From: Eledone cirrhosa
Lineage: Eukaryota
NCBI GenBank assembly: GCA_964016885.1
Contig: OZ024752.1
Coordinates: 12,834,001 to 12,898,000, forward strand
Direction of reading: 5' to 3'
Length of the DNA stretch: 64,000 nt
Shown: one piece after another, positions 25,920 to 39,305 of the stretch
Numbering within the stretch: position 1 is the stretch's first letter
Layout of the letters: the number at the start of each line of letters is the position of its first letter
Notes under the pieces: model-generated
What the model was told of the DNA's origin: nothing
What the model saw: only the letters and a program-made list of their open reading frames with translations
Databases searched by the model: none
Made by a program: the position numbers and the translations under genes

Positions 25920-26197
25920 GGCTTCAGTAGTTGTTGGAGGGAAATTAAATACAGAGAGAAACTTGTTTGAACCATCCACTTTCACTGGTCGAATTAGTCA
26001 TCTATGGATTCTGAATCAAACATTATCAAAGCAAGAATTGCAGAGTTATTGGAAAAACACTGAGCAAACTGCAGTAAATATTTTAAGCATTCTGGTTAAT
26101 AATATATTACTGTTTCCACATTTATTGTTGGATTTCCAGTCTGAAGTAAAATCAGATATGTGTGAAATCAAGAGAAATTGTTCCAAAATAAATATGT
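25920..26197 (+). CDS. Exon, end of LamG/pentraxin-like domain
   Basis: tttcag/gtaagt; ASVVVGGKLNTERNLFEPSTFTGRISHLWILNQTLSKQEL...; phase 2 to 1. Confidence 0.9.
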
Positions 26198-26785
26198 GTA
26201 AGTAATGATTTTAAAATATATTGTTGTACATTAAATTTTCTAGAAAAGTTTACTCTTAAACTCCTGTACCACATGAAATCACATTAGAAAGACATTGTTG
26301 GAAAAATACCAGTTAACATAATATCAAATCTGTCAATGTTTTTTTGGTGTTTCTTTTGTGTGTGTTTATATATATATATATGTATACTCACATGTGCCAT
26401 TGTCCTGTGTACCCCCTTCGTTTTTTTCTTTTTTTTTCTTTTTTTCTTTTTTTCTTTTTTTCTTTTTTTCTTTTTTTCTTTTTTTCTTTTTTTCTTTTTT
26501 TCTTTTTTTCTTTTTTTCTTTTTTTCTTTCTTTCTCTCTCTTTGCTATTACTTCTTTCCCTCATGGCTTTTTGATAGATAAAAGGCTATGGGTGCACTAT
26601 GGATAGATGTTCTGTTTATAATATATCCATGACCCATAGTAAACTGCTGATGAAGGGAAACTTCCATCTCTTGTTTGTGTCGCTTTACCTTGTAACACTA
26701 AATATATATATGCCTGGTGGTCATCGATCTGTCCAGTTCATTTGTCTACCAGCATTTCATGAAAAAAATTATACATTTTCTATAT

Positions 26786-26860
26786 ATTTTGTCTGAGGAG
26801 AACATGTTTTGCTTTATGCTATACATAAAACTTTGCATCTTCGAAATATATATAATGAAT
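26786..26860 (+). ncRNA. Type I hammerhead ribozyme-like motif with long imperfect stem II
   Basis: attttgt CTGAGGA gaacatg...catcttc GAAA tatata TA atgaat. Confidence 0.55.
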
Positions 26861-27461
26861 TAAATAGAGATGATATAAAGTGTATATCTTTCGTTTATTA
26901 CTAATATTATTATATTAGTGATGCATTGTGTCCTTGAGCAAGACACTTTATTACACGTTGCTCCAGTTCACTCAGCTGTAGAAATGAGTTGAGACGTCAC
27001 TGGTGCCAAGCTGTATCGGCCATTACCTTACCCTTGGACAACATCAGGAGTGTTGAGAGAGGATGTTGTATGTATGGGTGACTGCTGGTCTTCCACAAAC
27101 AACCTTGTCCAGACTTCAGCTTTGGAGGGGAACTTTCTAAGTGCAAATTCCATGGTCATTCGTGACCAAAGGGGTCTTTTTATACACACACACGCACACA
27201 CACCCACACACACATGCGCATACACACACATACACACACACACACACACACACTCATATATATATATATATATATATTATATAGAAGAGAAACGGTTCAT
27301 TATATATATAATAAACAGATGATGTACATTTAAAACGATCTTCTTTATAGTATCAAAACTCCTGATGATACCTTATTGATAACACTTTAAAGAACACAAA
27401 TTGTGGAGTGCTTTAAGATCAAAGTTGGTGGATTATCTAATCAATCACCTTTCCTAAACTG

Positions 27462-27567
<106 letters not shown>

Positions 27568-28116
27568 ATTAATATGTGCGTTATATATCTATAAAAAATA
27601 ACACCATATAATCACCAATAATATTTATATTTATATATTTATTAATCTATATAGATATTTATATATTTACAACCTGTTGTAATATAATAAGATAAAATGT
27701 ACTTACAACCATAATTCTTCATATAATCTAATTGTAATGATTATATATATAATATTATAACTCATGATTTAGTTAAATATTTTTTAAATTCTGGATTGAT
27801 ATTCCACCACTTCAACAAACTTTTAATTTTTAACGTTTTAATTTTTAAATTCACGTACACTGTAATACTATAAATATAAGCTTCTCTTTCTTCTTCCCAC
27901 ATATATATATCATAATTATTTAAATCTACCTAGCCTCTAAAGATAACGATTTTTTCAGCCCTACGTTTCAACTTCATTTGCATATTCATCAAAATAATTT
28001 GAAATATTTGTTTTTCTTTTCTTCCCCTTTTCCCTCTTTCCTTTCACTATCCAAATGGAACTTGAACCATTAAGGTCTGATTCCTGGGCATGCCACTATT
28101 TATAAAACAAACTTTG

Positions 28117-28177
28117 TATTTTATCTGATGAGAGCGTCCCAAAGTTTTGGTACCCTTGAAATATATATAATAGAATA
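28117..28177 (+). ncRNA. Minimal type I hammerhead ribozyme
   Basis: tattttat CTGATGA gagcgtcccaaagttttggtaccctt GAAA tatata TA atagaata; same family as 39013-39073. Confidence 0.6.
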
Positions 28178-28221
28178 AATATGGTTTTATAAATATAGTT
28201 TCCATTTATTATCATTGTTAT

Positions 28222-28224
<3 letters not shown>

Positions 28225-28257
<33 letters not shown>

Positions 28258-28965
28258 GTTTAACGTCCATCTTCCACGCTAGCATGGGTTTGGACGGGAA
28301 TTTTCCCACTTGAGGCAAAATTGGTTGTCTTGCTCGTATAGGACTGTCTGGCGGCTTTTCTATGGTGGATGCCCTTCCTAACACCAACCACGTTTACAGT
28401 GTGGACTGGGAGGTTTTTACTGTGTTACCTACACGGCCACATTACAGCGTGGACTGTGTGTTTTTTTGTCGTGACACCTACACCTCATTTATTTCGGACT
28501 GGATGTTGTGGTACCAAGATAACTTTACATTGAAAGGGGTGGTGTGGATGGGGTGGGGGTTGTGTGGAGGGGGGGGGGGGGGGTTATTTTGGTTAAGAGG
28601 TGCCTACTGACTGTAGGTTTCGCTTTGCACTTAGGGAAGGCGGGTCTTCTGTATTACTGTGTAGCACCAAAGATTTCGGTCCAGTGACATTGTCTTGGAG
28701 AGGTATAAGTGTGTGAGGTCGGAATTTATCAAGTCGTCCCAGGTTTTTCTGGGTCTGCCTACTCCGTGGCTACCATCTATTTTGATCACCCTGCACTTTT
28801 TTATACAGCTGTCATCTTTCATGCGCATCCCGAGTAAACAGCATCTGATCCCTCTTATTCCTAATTTCTCACTTCGTTCCTCTCCAGTCTGCATAGATCC
28901 TCTGCACACAAAGATCTCGGTTCAGTGACATTGTCTTGGAGAGGTGTAAGTGTGTGAGGTCGGAA
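28225..28965 (-). mobile_element. RTE 3' fragment plus SINE composite, inverted paralog of about 19550-20283
   Basis: ORF 28631-28909 KLGIRGIRCCLL...GRPRKTWDDLINSDL matches the 19252 ORF; the adjoining SINE portion is also shared. Confidence 0.85.
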
Positions 28966-28992
28966 TATATATATATATATAGAGAGAGAGAC

Positions 28993-29023
<31 letters not shown>

Positions 29024-29135
29024 CCTCTGAGATGTTTATAGTGATGTCTTATTGACAGTTTTCTAACCCTTCTATATTTCACATTCAGAAGAAAAGTTAA
29101 TACAAAAGAAAAAATGATCTTTCTTCTATTTGCAG

Positions 29136-29264
29136 CTCCATTACCAACAGTGAAAACTTGCCTACATGACCAATTGTATATAACCAAACCCTGGAGCAAA
29201 CTGGCGTGGAACAAACCAGAATTTAACAATGTTGACAGATTGATTTCTAATTATGAACCAGAGA
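29136..29264 (+). CDS. Exon, N-half of HYR-like domain
   Basis: ttgcag/gtatgt; PLPTVKTCLHDQLYITKPWSKLAWNKPEFNNVDRLISNYEPE; phase 1 to 1. Confidence 0.8.
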
Positions 29265-29453
29265 GTATGTTCAACTTTTTAGCATTTAAACCGGCAATAT
29301 CCAGCCACAATTTTCTCACCTCTTTCTGTCCAAACCTGCTGTAACAGGTCACTCATATTGATGTTGAGGTATTGTTCTCAAAATAGATAATATCAAAATC
29401 TCATAGATTCGATATTATGTGAGATAATTATGTGAGGTAAAGCCATTACCAGC

Positions 29454-29487
<34 letters not shown>

Positions 29488-30524
29488 GTTTAACATCTAT
29501 CTTCCATGCTAGCATGGGTTAGATGGGTTTGTCCCATTTAGAGGCAAGTTGACTTGGGTGTCCGTGTCAGGCTCATATAGGACTGTTTCTGGCTGGTTTT
29601 CTAGGGCAGGATGCCCTTCCTAGTGTCAACTACATTTACAGTGTAGGCTGGTTGCTTTTTGTCGTGCTACCTACATGATCACTTTATAGTGATAGTTTTG
29701 TGGAACCAACATAACATGCACACACACATATATATATACAAAAGTGGACGTAAAATGATGATGATGATGATGATATGTATATATATATCATCATCATCAT
29801 CATCACCGTTTTACGTCCGTTCTTCCACGCTAGCATGGGTTAGACGGGTTGTCCTGTTGTGGGCAGTGTCTGGTCGGCTGACCATGCCTTGCTCATACAG
29901 GAACTGATCTGGCTTGATTTCTACAGCTGGATGCCCTTCCTAACACCAACCTCATTTACAGTGAGTGCTGGGTGCTTTTTCGTGGCGCCTACACGTCCAC
30001 TTTACAGTGTGGGCTGGGTGCTTTTTTGCCGTGGCACCTCCACGACCACCTTGCGGTGGGGGGGGGGGGGGCATATTGTTTATATGCTTCAGCATGTACC
30101 CATGGGAGGTCGGGTACCCTGTATTACTGCGTGACGCCAGAAGTCACGGTCGTAATATATATATACACACATAAACATACACAAACATACACATGTCCTG
30201 TTGTGGGCAATGCTAGGTCAGGTGCCCATGTCTTGCTCATACCATTCTGGTTCTGGCTTAGTTTCTACAGCTGGATGCCCTGCCTAACGTCAACCTCAAT
30301 TTACAGTGAGTACTGAGTGGATTTTGTTGTGATGCCTACATGACCACTTTACAGTGTGGGCTGGGCACTTTTTGCCATGCCACCATCACAGCCACTTTAC
30401 AGTGTGTGCTGGGGGCTTCACTGAATGCATTTACTTTGGCCTGTCCTCCTGGGGGTATATGGGAGGGTGGGCTGGGGTGGGGCATACTGTATATATACTT
30501 CGGCTTGTGCTTGTGGGAAGACAA

Positions 30525-30766
30525 CTAACAACAGATGCAGGTAATTTGTTCCATGCTTCAGAAACTCTGAAAATGAAAAAAATGTTTTTGAAAGTCATGG
30601 GAGCTGTACTTTTTCTGATTTTGTAAGCATGTCCACGGGTCTTAAACTTATGGAATACAAAAAGGTGCCCAGAATTGTTGTTGGAAAATGGTTAATAATT
30701 TTGTGGATGTCCACCAAGTCAGTTGTCAGACGTCGGAGCTTTAATGTATCCATGCCTAGGAAAGCA
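30525..30766 (-). mobile_element. CR1-clade LINE 3' fragment
   Basis: LGMDTLKLRRLTTDLVDIHKIINH; matches the 55406-55714 copy. Confidence 0.8.
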
Positions 30767-31229
30767 AGGATAAAAATACAAAGACCAAAATCCAAAGAAG
30801 ACTTGATAAGGCTTGTATATATATAAGTATATATAAACCCTTGGAGCAAATATTTATTATTAGTACAGATTTAAGGGTTTACAGATTTACAGGGTTAAGG
30901 AAAAGAATTTTGCTTTCACCCTAAGCGGGATCATTTGAAACTGAGAAAAATCTATCTGTAGATGCAGAAATAAATATTTCAATTAGGTTATGACCAAATA
31001 TTACCTTTAGAAAACAGAAAGATATAACAGTAATACATGAAGATGTTCTCTTGAAATGGGTGGAATGTATGCAAGGAGAATTACATCATTATGTGGAGTG
31101 AGAAAAAAAGATTCTTGCTATGGAAACAGCTATTTTGTAATACAGTACTGTAATACTTTTCCCTCGTTTCACTTGATACTGACCTAGTGCTATACTAGAG
31201 GCACACCACAAGACCAGTGTATCACAACC

Positions 31230-31615
31230 ACAAACACCAACCACTGTCACTACCAACACCACCACCGGCACCACCACCACAACCACCACTACACCCAACC
31301 ACTACCACTGCCAAAAGTTACCACCACTAATGCTTCCACTCCCACTGTCACCACCACCAGCACTGCCACCACAACTACTACTAACACCACTACCACAACA
31401 ACAACAACAACAACAACCACTACCACTGCCAAAAATTACCACCACTAACCCCTCCATTCCCACTGTCACCACCACCGCCATCACTACTACCGTAACCACC
31501 ACTACAACCACCACCACCACCACCACCATCAACCACTACCATTGCCAAAAATGACCACCACTAACCCCTCCATTGCCACCATCACCACCATCACCAGCAC
31601 AACCACCGTTACCAA
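31230..31615. repeat. (CAC/CAA)n low-complexity trinucleotide tract
   Basis: Direct reading; a similar tract lies at 49550-50025. Confidence 0.9.
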
Positions 31616-31700
31616 CAAAACACCTGGGCCACTGTATAACTATGATCACAGTCACAAGCCCCTATGCTGCATTAAACCCTGTTTTTCTTTATACTTTCAG

Positions 31701-31796
31701 CTTCCTATTTTGATTGGGGTGACCATACTGTAGTCTCCATTGGCTATGGACCTGATAATTCATCAGCTGTGTGCACTTTCACAATTTTTAGCCGCC
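31701..31796 (+). CDS. Exon, C-half of HYR-like domain
   Basis: tttcag/gtaagt; SYFDWGDHTVVSIGYGPDNSSAVCTFTIFSR (HYR pattern F.wG...V.....d.....CTF); phase 1 to 1. Confidence 0.85.
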
Positions 31797-31811
31797 GTAA
31801 GTACAATTGAC

Positions 31812-32330
31812 ATGAATGGACCTCCGTCAGTTTTGATATGAATGGACCATCAACAGTTTTGATATCAATGGACCTCCGTCACTTTTGATATGAATGGACC
31901 TCCGTCAGTTTTGATATGAATGGACCTCCGTCAGTTTTGATATGAATGGACCTCCGTCAGTTTTGATATGAATGGACCTCCGTCAGTTTTGATATGAATG
32001 GGCCTTCAACAATTTTGATATGAATGGACCTCCGTCAGTTTTGATATGAATGGACCATCAACAGTTTTGATATGAATGGACTGCCGTCACTTTTGATATG
32101 AATGGACCTCAGTCACTTTTGATATGAATGGACCATCAAAAGTTTTGATATGAATGGACCTCCGTCACTTTTGATATGAATGGACCTCAGTCACGTTTGA
32201 TATGAATGGACCTCCGTCACTTTTGATATGAATGGACCTCCGTCACTTTTGATATGAATGGACCATCAACACTTTTGATATGAATGAACCCCCGTCAGTT
32301 TTGATATGAATCGACCTCCGTCAGTTTTGA
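31812..32330. repeat. 26-bp minisatellite
   Basis: Unit atatgaatggacctccgtcagttttg, about 20 copies, starting about 15 nt after a splice donor. Confidence 0.95.
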
Positions 32331-32389
32331 CAATGAGTGTTTTAGTTATTCGGTCAACAGAACAGTCAGGTAACAGGTCTGCCAGTTGT

Positions 32390-33597
32390 GATATCTGATA
32401 ACAGTACAGTATATATGATAACAGTACAGTATATGTGATATCAGTACAGTATGTGTGATATCAGTACAGTATATGTGATAACAGTACAGTATATGTGATA
32501 ACAGTACAGTATATGTGATATCAGTACAGTGTATATATGATAACAGTACAGTATATGTGATAACAGTACAGTATATGTGATATCAGTACAGTGTATATAT
32601 GATAACAGTACAGTATATGTGATATCAGTACAGTGTATATATGATAACAGTACAGTATGTGTGATAACAGTACAGTATATGTGATAACAGTACAGTATAT
32701 GTGATATCAGTACAGTATATGTGATATCAGTACAGTGTATATCTGATAACAGTACAGTATATGTGATAACAGTACAGTATATGTGATATCAGTACAGTGT
32801 ATATATGATAACAGTACAGTATATCTGATAACAGTACAGTATATATGATAACAGTACAGTATGTGTGATAACAGTACAGTATATGAGATAACAGTACAGT
32901 ATATGTGATATCAGTACAGTATATATGATAACAGTACAGTATGTGTGATAACAGTACAGTATATGTGATAACAGTACAGTATATGTGATAACAGTACAGT
33001 ATATGTGATAACAGTACAGTATATGTGATATCAGTACAGTATCTTTGATAACAGTACGGTATGTGTGATAACAGTACAGTATATGTGATAACAGTACAGT
33101 ATATGTGATATCAGTACAGTGTATATATGATAACAGTACAGTATATGTGATAACAGTACAGTGTATATATGATAACAGTACAGTATGTGTGATAACAGTA
33201 CAGTATATGTGATAACAGTACAGTATATGTGATATCAGTACAGTATATGTGATATCAGTACAGTGTATATCTGATAACAGTACAGTATATGTGATAACAG
33301 TACAGTATATGTGATATCAGTACAGTGTATATATGATAACAGTACAGTATATGTGATAACAGTACAGTATATGTGATAACAGTACAGTATATGTGATAAC
33401 AGTACAGTATATGTGATATCAGTACAGTATCTTTGATAACAGTACGGTATGTGTGATAACAGTACAGTATATGTGATAACAGTACAGTATATGTGATAAC
33501 AGTACAGTATATGTGATAACAGTACAGTATATATATGATAACAGTACAGTATATGTGATATCAGTACAGTATCTTTGATAACAGTACGGTATATGTA
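32390..33597. repeat. 20-22 bp minisatellite
   Basis: Unit gataacagtacagtatatgt. Confidence 0.95.
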
Positions 33598-33774
33598 ATT
33601 ATAGTACAGCTTAGCTGAAGTCCAATAATTGAAACTAGTAAAAGAAATCAAAGGAAATTAAAATATGAATCCTTCTCAAATTATCTTTAATTCTAATCTA
33701 AATGTCTCACTATTTACACATACTTTACTTCAACAATTTTCTTGTTTTTTAATACTCTCATAAATTTCTAATGT

Positions 33775-33945
33775 CCTAGGCCCTAGCCCCACCTCCCTAT
33801 TCACCACCATTGACACAGAGTTGGCTACCCACAGGTGTGGGCCTAATGAGCTGGAATGGCTCTTCCAGCATGTCTCCTTCACCATCCTCCAGGGAAACGC
33901 CTTCTCTATTCTGTCTGCCGGCCTGTGGGTCGGCCAGCGTAATGG
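33775..33945 (+). mobile_element. CRE-like (RLE-clade) non-LTR retrotransposon 3' fragment
   Basis: ELEWLFQHVSFTILQGNAFSIL resembles the QRISxAIQRGNA C-terminal motif of CRE elements; second copy at about 54100-54265 (-). Confidence 0.6.
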
Positions 33946-34253
33946 TGAGAGCAGCAGGGATGGAGGCAGTGACAGTGGGAGTTTAGTTCCTTTGTGTTCG
34001 GACCTGGTGTATATCATCATCATCATCATCGATTAACGTCCATCTTCCACGCTAGCATGGGTTAGACGGGCCCTATTTTGAGTCAAGTTGTGTCAGGTGA
34101 CCATGTCTTGTTCATATAGAGGTGTTTCTGGCTGGTTTTCTACAGCTGGATGCCCTTCCTAACGCCAACCACATTTACAGTGTATATGTATATATTTATT
34201 TAACTCTTATAAACTTTTATAAAGTATAACTTAAATTTTGTTTTATTCAACAG

Positions 34254-34457
34254 AATTTGAATGCAAAAAACCTGCCGATCCGTTTGGAGGCACACAGCGT
34301 TGTTGGAATGAAAAGGATTCATTGTCATGTGTACCAAAGTGTAAAGATGCCACTTACAGATTTGCCTTACCTGGGCCCAATATATACTCATGTGGTCCTT
34401 ATCACATGTGGGGGAAACACAACCAGTCAATATCTTTCAAATATCCACCTTGTGCAG
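34254..34457 (+). CDS. Exon, sushi/CCP-like domain
   Basis: caacag/gttagt; FECKKPADPFGGTQRCWNEKDSLSCVPKCKDATYRF...YSCGPYHMW...YPPCA; phase 1 to 1. Confidence 0.85.
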
Positions 34458-35909
34458 GTTAGTAGAGAACAAAAGAATATTTTAAACTGTTTTAAGTCTT
34501 ACGATATCTACCACAATGATTTTGTGAAAGAATACAGAGAACTGTTGCCATGAGTTCAGGATTGGATTTAGACCTTGGAGGCCTGAGGCACTTCTGGTTT
34601 TGGCGGCCATTCCTACATAAAAAATTAGAAAACACATATACACACACATACATGTGCACACACATACACACATATGATGGCTGCCTCCTTGTTATCAAGT
34701 ATGGCCATTGCACGATATAACATTATTACTAATAATTGTTTCTACATTTGGCACAAGGCCAGCAATTACCCAGTACATTACTGGTACTTTATTTTATCGA
34801 CCTCTGTATGGATGAAAGGCAAAGTTAAACTTGGCGGGATTTGAACTCAGAATGGCAAGGGCCGTAACTCTATGCGTCAAAGCATGGCGTCCGACCCTCT
34901 ACCGATACTGCCAATCACCCGCAATAATGTTGTGTATATGTGTATTCTATTTTTACGTATGAATGGCCTTCAAAATTCTATCGTGCAATGCCTGTGTGTG
35001 ATTTTTTTTTAAGTGAGGAAAGACTGTGCACTGAGCCAATCCCATTCTCTGAGCGACAGTAGGTATAACCCAAAAAGAAGAAAGGATCAACATCATCGGT
35101 AACTACTGAGCCGCAGGTTTTATATCGGAGTTATCCCAGTTTCCTGAGTTGCCTTCTCCTAGAAGAATGCCCTGACAAAATCTAGGAGTCTTTCACTCCC
35201 AGTGGTTTAACCGCGTAATTGGGTATGCGCAGTCCGATTATTTCTATGTCCCCGCGCATATACATACACATGCACCCATGCATATACATATATACATATA
35301 CATACATACACATGTATATACATATTTACACACATACATACACACCAAAAATACTTGATGACCTCTGTTAGTTTTGATGATGAATATTCTAGTTGCTCAA
35401 TAAATCTTCTCATGAAATTAATGTGAAAGTGGTTGAGCATTCCCAAACTTAACATAATTCTCAGGGAGATTCAGCTAGGGTTGGGTTTAGACATTGGATG
35501 GCCCAGGGCATTAAAAAAAAATTAGAAAACATAGCCTATCCCCCAATTTTACATGTTAAAGTTAGCTCGGCGCAAGTAATTGGAATAGAAAAGTTTTACA
35601 TACAGGTATTAAATCAAAAAATTCTAACCACCCTAAAACTAAAAAGCCTAGCTGAAGGTACAAATAGATTGCTACGGCCATTGCTGGTAGGGAACCCATG
35701 CTCCTCACTGCAGGGGGCCTGGGAGAAGTGTCCTCTTTGCCCCCCATTAAATCTGGCCCATGAGTTTAATTCTTAATATCCTGTAATGACTTAGCAGAAA
35801 ATATTTAAACATTGGTTTGTTAATTCAAATGTTTGTAGAATCTTTATTTGTGAACAGATCATTGTAATAATTTGCAGAATTAAAATAAAGACTTTAATTA
35901 TTAAATTAA

Positions 35910-36355
35910 CTAGCAGAAAAACCACCATTTGGGTGGTTTTCTGTTAGCATGTGTAGTGTACATATTGATATTATACGCACGTATATATGCATGTAGATAT
36001 GCATGTACATACGATACATCAAATAACATCGTAATTGACAATATACACAGAAATTGAATGAAGACTGCATTACACTCTTTTGTGTAATCAGTAACGTAAT
36101 CCATGATACATTAAAAAAAGACGATATTATATATAAACTGCATTAGGAGAAAATTAGTCATGGAAATATATGAATGTTTATTTAAGCGATTGCTAACCGG
36201 AAGTGTTGACATTTGAAAACTTTAAGGAAGTGAATCTTTAAATAAGCAACAAAATTATTTATATTTAATCAAGAATAATGAAATTTAGTAGATAAATTAT
36301 GCAATATTCATTCATTTTTTATTCAAAGTAATCCAACTTATTTTACAAACAGGAT
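35910..36355 (-). mobile_element. Non-autonomous Helitron-like element
   Basis: Minus-strand 3' end cagaaaaccacc-caaat-ggtggtttttctg-CTAG|T; related copies at about 48060-49147(+) and 55325-56220(-, interrupted by CR1). Confidence 0.6.
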
Positions 36356-36472
36356 AAAAAAATATATTCTGGACACAGTCCAGTACTCCTTACTTTATAA
36401 TCAGTGCCTGATTATTACTGGAATTCTATAAGAATCCAACATTCATAAATTTTCAACAAACAAGGGGAGTGC

Positions 36473-36520
36473 TAAGCTCTGAGGAATACCAACATTATGA
36501 AACAGAGATCTGTCAGCTTA
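36473..36520 (+). ncRNA. Type I hammerhead ribozyme with canonical core and GUC site
   Basis: taagct CTGAGGA ata-ccaacat-tat GAAA caga-ga-tctg TC agctta. Confidence 0.75.
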
Positions 36521-36666
36521 TCTCTCTTTGTTTGTTGAAAAAAGAAGTAAGTGACATAGTCACTACTTTAAAACAATAGCGTCAGGTCTTCAAAATGCTT
36601 TTAATTAAGCATACAGTGTATTACCAAATACCCTATATATACATCGCTATTTCAGAGCACCATTTC

Positions 36667-36756
<90 letters not shown>

Positions 36757-37283
36757 TGTCGATTAACGTCTACCTTCTGCGCTAGCATGGGTTAGACGGG
36801 TTTGTCCCAATAAGAGGAAGTTGAGTCAGGTGACAATGTCTCGCTCATATAGGCTGATTTTCTACAGCTGGATGCCTTTCCTAATGCCACCCACATTTAC
36901 AGTGTGTGCTGGGTACTTTTTGTCATGGCATGATATATATATATATTATCATTTAATGTCCATTTCTATTGTTATCAAGTGTTGAACTAGGGTGTTTTAA
37001 CATGGAACCAGCTCTTGGGAGGTTGTTATGTCTTCAACAAAACTGAAGACAACCCTTGATTTTTTGTTTGGCAGGTTTCATATGGCAGAATGTTCTTCCT
37101 AGTCAAGTCAGATCAGGTGACCATGTCAGGCTTCTACAAAACTGTGTCTTGTTTTGTTTGTATGGCTGGGTGCACATCCTAATGCCAACCACATTTACAG
37201 CATATGTATATATATATCATCATCATCATCATCATCATCATCATCGTTTAACGTCTATCTTCCACGCTAGCATGTATATATAT

Positions 37284-38165
37284 ACAAAAGTGTTGATGAG
37301 TAGAAAAGAGGACAAAACTCTGATTCCGTCAGGGAAATGACCCTGTTCGATAAGCAGAAAAGGAACTGGCATAAATTCTATAAAATGTACACAATGCAGA
37401 TCTTGGGTACACAAGAGATGTAGCGGGATAGCAGGCAAACTAACAGGTAGGGAGAAATATGTATGCAGTAGATGTACAGGGAAATTAGACAGTGGAAGTC
37501 GCAGTGATAGACACATTTTTCAAATGCAGGTGGGTGCTATAGAAGTGGTGGATAGCTTCCGGTACCTAGAAGATCAGATTAGCACGGGAGGGGGTGTTCC
37601 GAGGCCATAGTATCTAGAATAAGGACGGGTTGGAAGAAGTTTAGGGAGCTGCTTCCTCTGCTGACAAAGAAGGGCTTCTCCCTGCATACGAAAGGCCGGT
37701 TATATGATGCCTGTGTGAGGAGCGCGATGCTGCATGGTAGTGAGACTTGGGCAGCAACTGCAGAGGATATGCAATGGCTGGAGAGAATTGAAGCAAGCAT
37801 GCTCCATTGTGCAATGTCAATGTGCATCAACGACCCAGCATGCATGTGTGTTGAGAGAGAAACTGTGTCTGAGAGGGATAGAATGTAGTGTACGGGAGAG
37901 GAGACTGCGGTGGTATGGACATGTAATGCGCATGGAGGATGACTGATGGGTGAAGAAGTGCCAGGAAATGCCAGTTGAAGGAAGACATGGTAGAGGTAGA
38001 CCACAAAAAACATGGGCGGAGGTGGTGAGAACAGATCTCAGATTGCTGAAGCTCACAGTGGAGATGATGAAGGACCGTGACAAGTGGAGAGATGCTGTGC
38101 TGAATAAGACCCGTCCCACCCTTGCAAGCAGGGAAAGGCGGACGTAAAATGATGATGATGATGAT
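37284..38165 (+). mobile_element. Degenerate RTE-clade LINE fragment with Cys-rich insert and (GAT)n tail
   Basis: CTQCRSWVHKRCSGI...CSRC, FRYL, RRLRWYGHVMRMED, GRGRPQKTW; contains stops and frameshifts. Confidence 0.85.
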
Positions 38166-38472
38166 ATATCATAAAGTGAAATGACAGGAGGCCAAATATG
38201 TTGAATTTCCTAACTTTTTTATTACTGTAAAGACTATGCACATTTCAGTGGCTAGGTTGCATAAGAACTTGGTGACCTCATCAGGTGTAAATTGCATAAT
38301 AGATATATACCAATGGAATGATGGTAAGCTTTAAGGAAACAAACAAAGAAAAACAAAGAGGAAAAAGTGTGTGCTATGCTTTTGACCCATAGACGGATGT
38401 AGTAGTATGTTGCCACATTGCTCGCCAGTTGTATATATATATATATGGAGGCATGTGTATATATATGTATAT

Positions 38473-38612
38473 GGAGGCACGTGGCTTAGTGGTTAGAACA
38501 TTGGCCTTACAATCGAAAGGTTGTGAGTTCAATTCTCAGACCGAGTGATGTGTTGTGTCCTTGAGCAAGACACTTTATTTCACATTGCTCCAGTTTACTT
38601 AGCTGTAGAAAT
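38473..38612 (+). mobile_element. tRNA-derived SINE (second family), 5' part
   Basis: TGGCTTAGTGGTTAG A box, GAGTTCAATTC B box, gtgtccttgagcaagacac core. Confidence 0.8.
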
Positions 38613-39012
38613 GAGATGATAGGACTAGGGTCCCTATCATTCCACTGCAAAGTGGTCGTGGAGGGTGCCATGGCAAAAAAGCACCCAGCCCACACTGTAA
38701 AGTGGACGTGTAGGCGCCATGGCAAAAAAGCACCCAGCACTCACTGTAAATGAGGTTGGTGTTAGGAAGGGCATCCAGCTGTAGAAATCAAGCCAGAATC
38801 AGTTCCCGTCCCACCCTTGCAAGCAGGGAAAAGCGGACGTAAAATAAAATGATGATGATGATGATATATATATATATGTAAGCAAAGAGATATTTAATTT
38901 GTTGGTTTTTCAACAAATTTATTTATAACAGATTCGAAGCACTCTACAAATTTTTCTAGAGTATAATATCAATGATATTAATAAATGGAAACTATATTTA
39001 TAAAACCATGTT

Positions 39013-39073
39013 TATTTTATTATATATATTTCAAGGGTACCAAAATTTTGGTACGCTCTCATCAGATAAAATA
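39013..39073 (-). ncRNA. Minimal type I hammerhead ribozyme
   Basis: Minus strand: tattttat CTGATGA gagcgtaccaaaattttggtaccctt GAAA tatata TA ataaaata. Confidence 0.7.
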
Positions 39074-39232
39074 CAAAATTTGTTTTATAAATGGTGACAT
39101 ACCCAAGAAACCAGACCTTATCGGTTCAGGTTCAGTTTGGATAGTCAAACTGAACCTGAACCGATTGATATTATACTCCAGAAAAACTGTAGAGTGCTTC
39201 GAATCTGTTATAAATAAATTTATTAATATCAT

Positions 39233-39305
<73 letters not shown>

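Noticed and set aside
27357-27410. Further hammerhead-like cores here and at about 33615, 38230-38290 (-) and 60011
   Set aside because: GAAA or a required helix is missing or broken. They are probably decayed copies and are not called as ribozymes.
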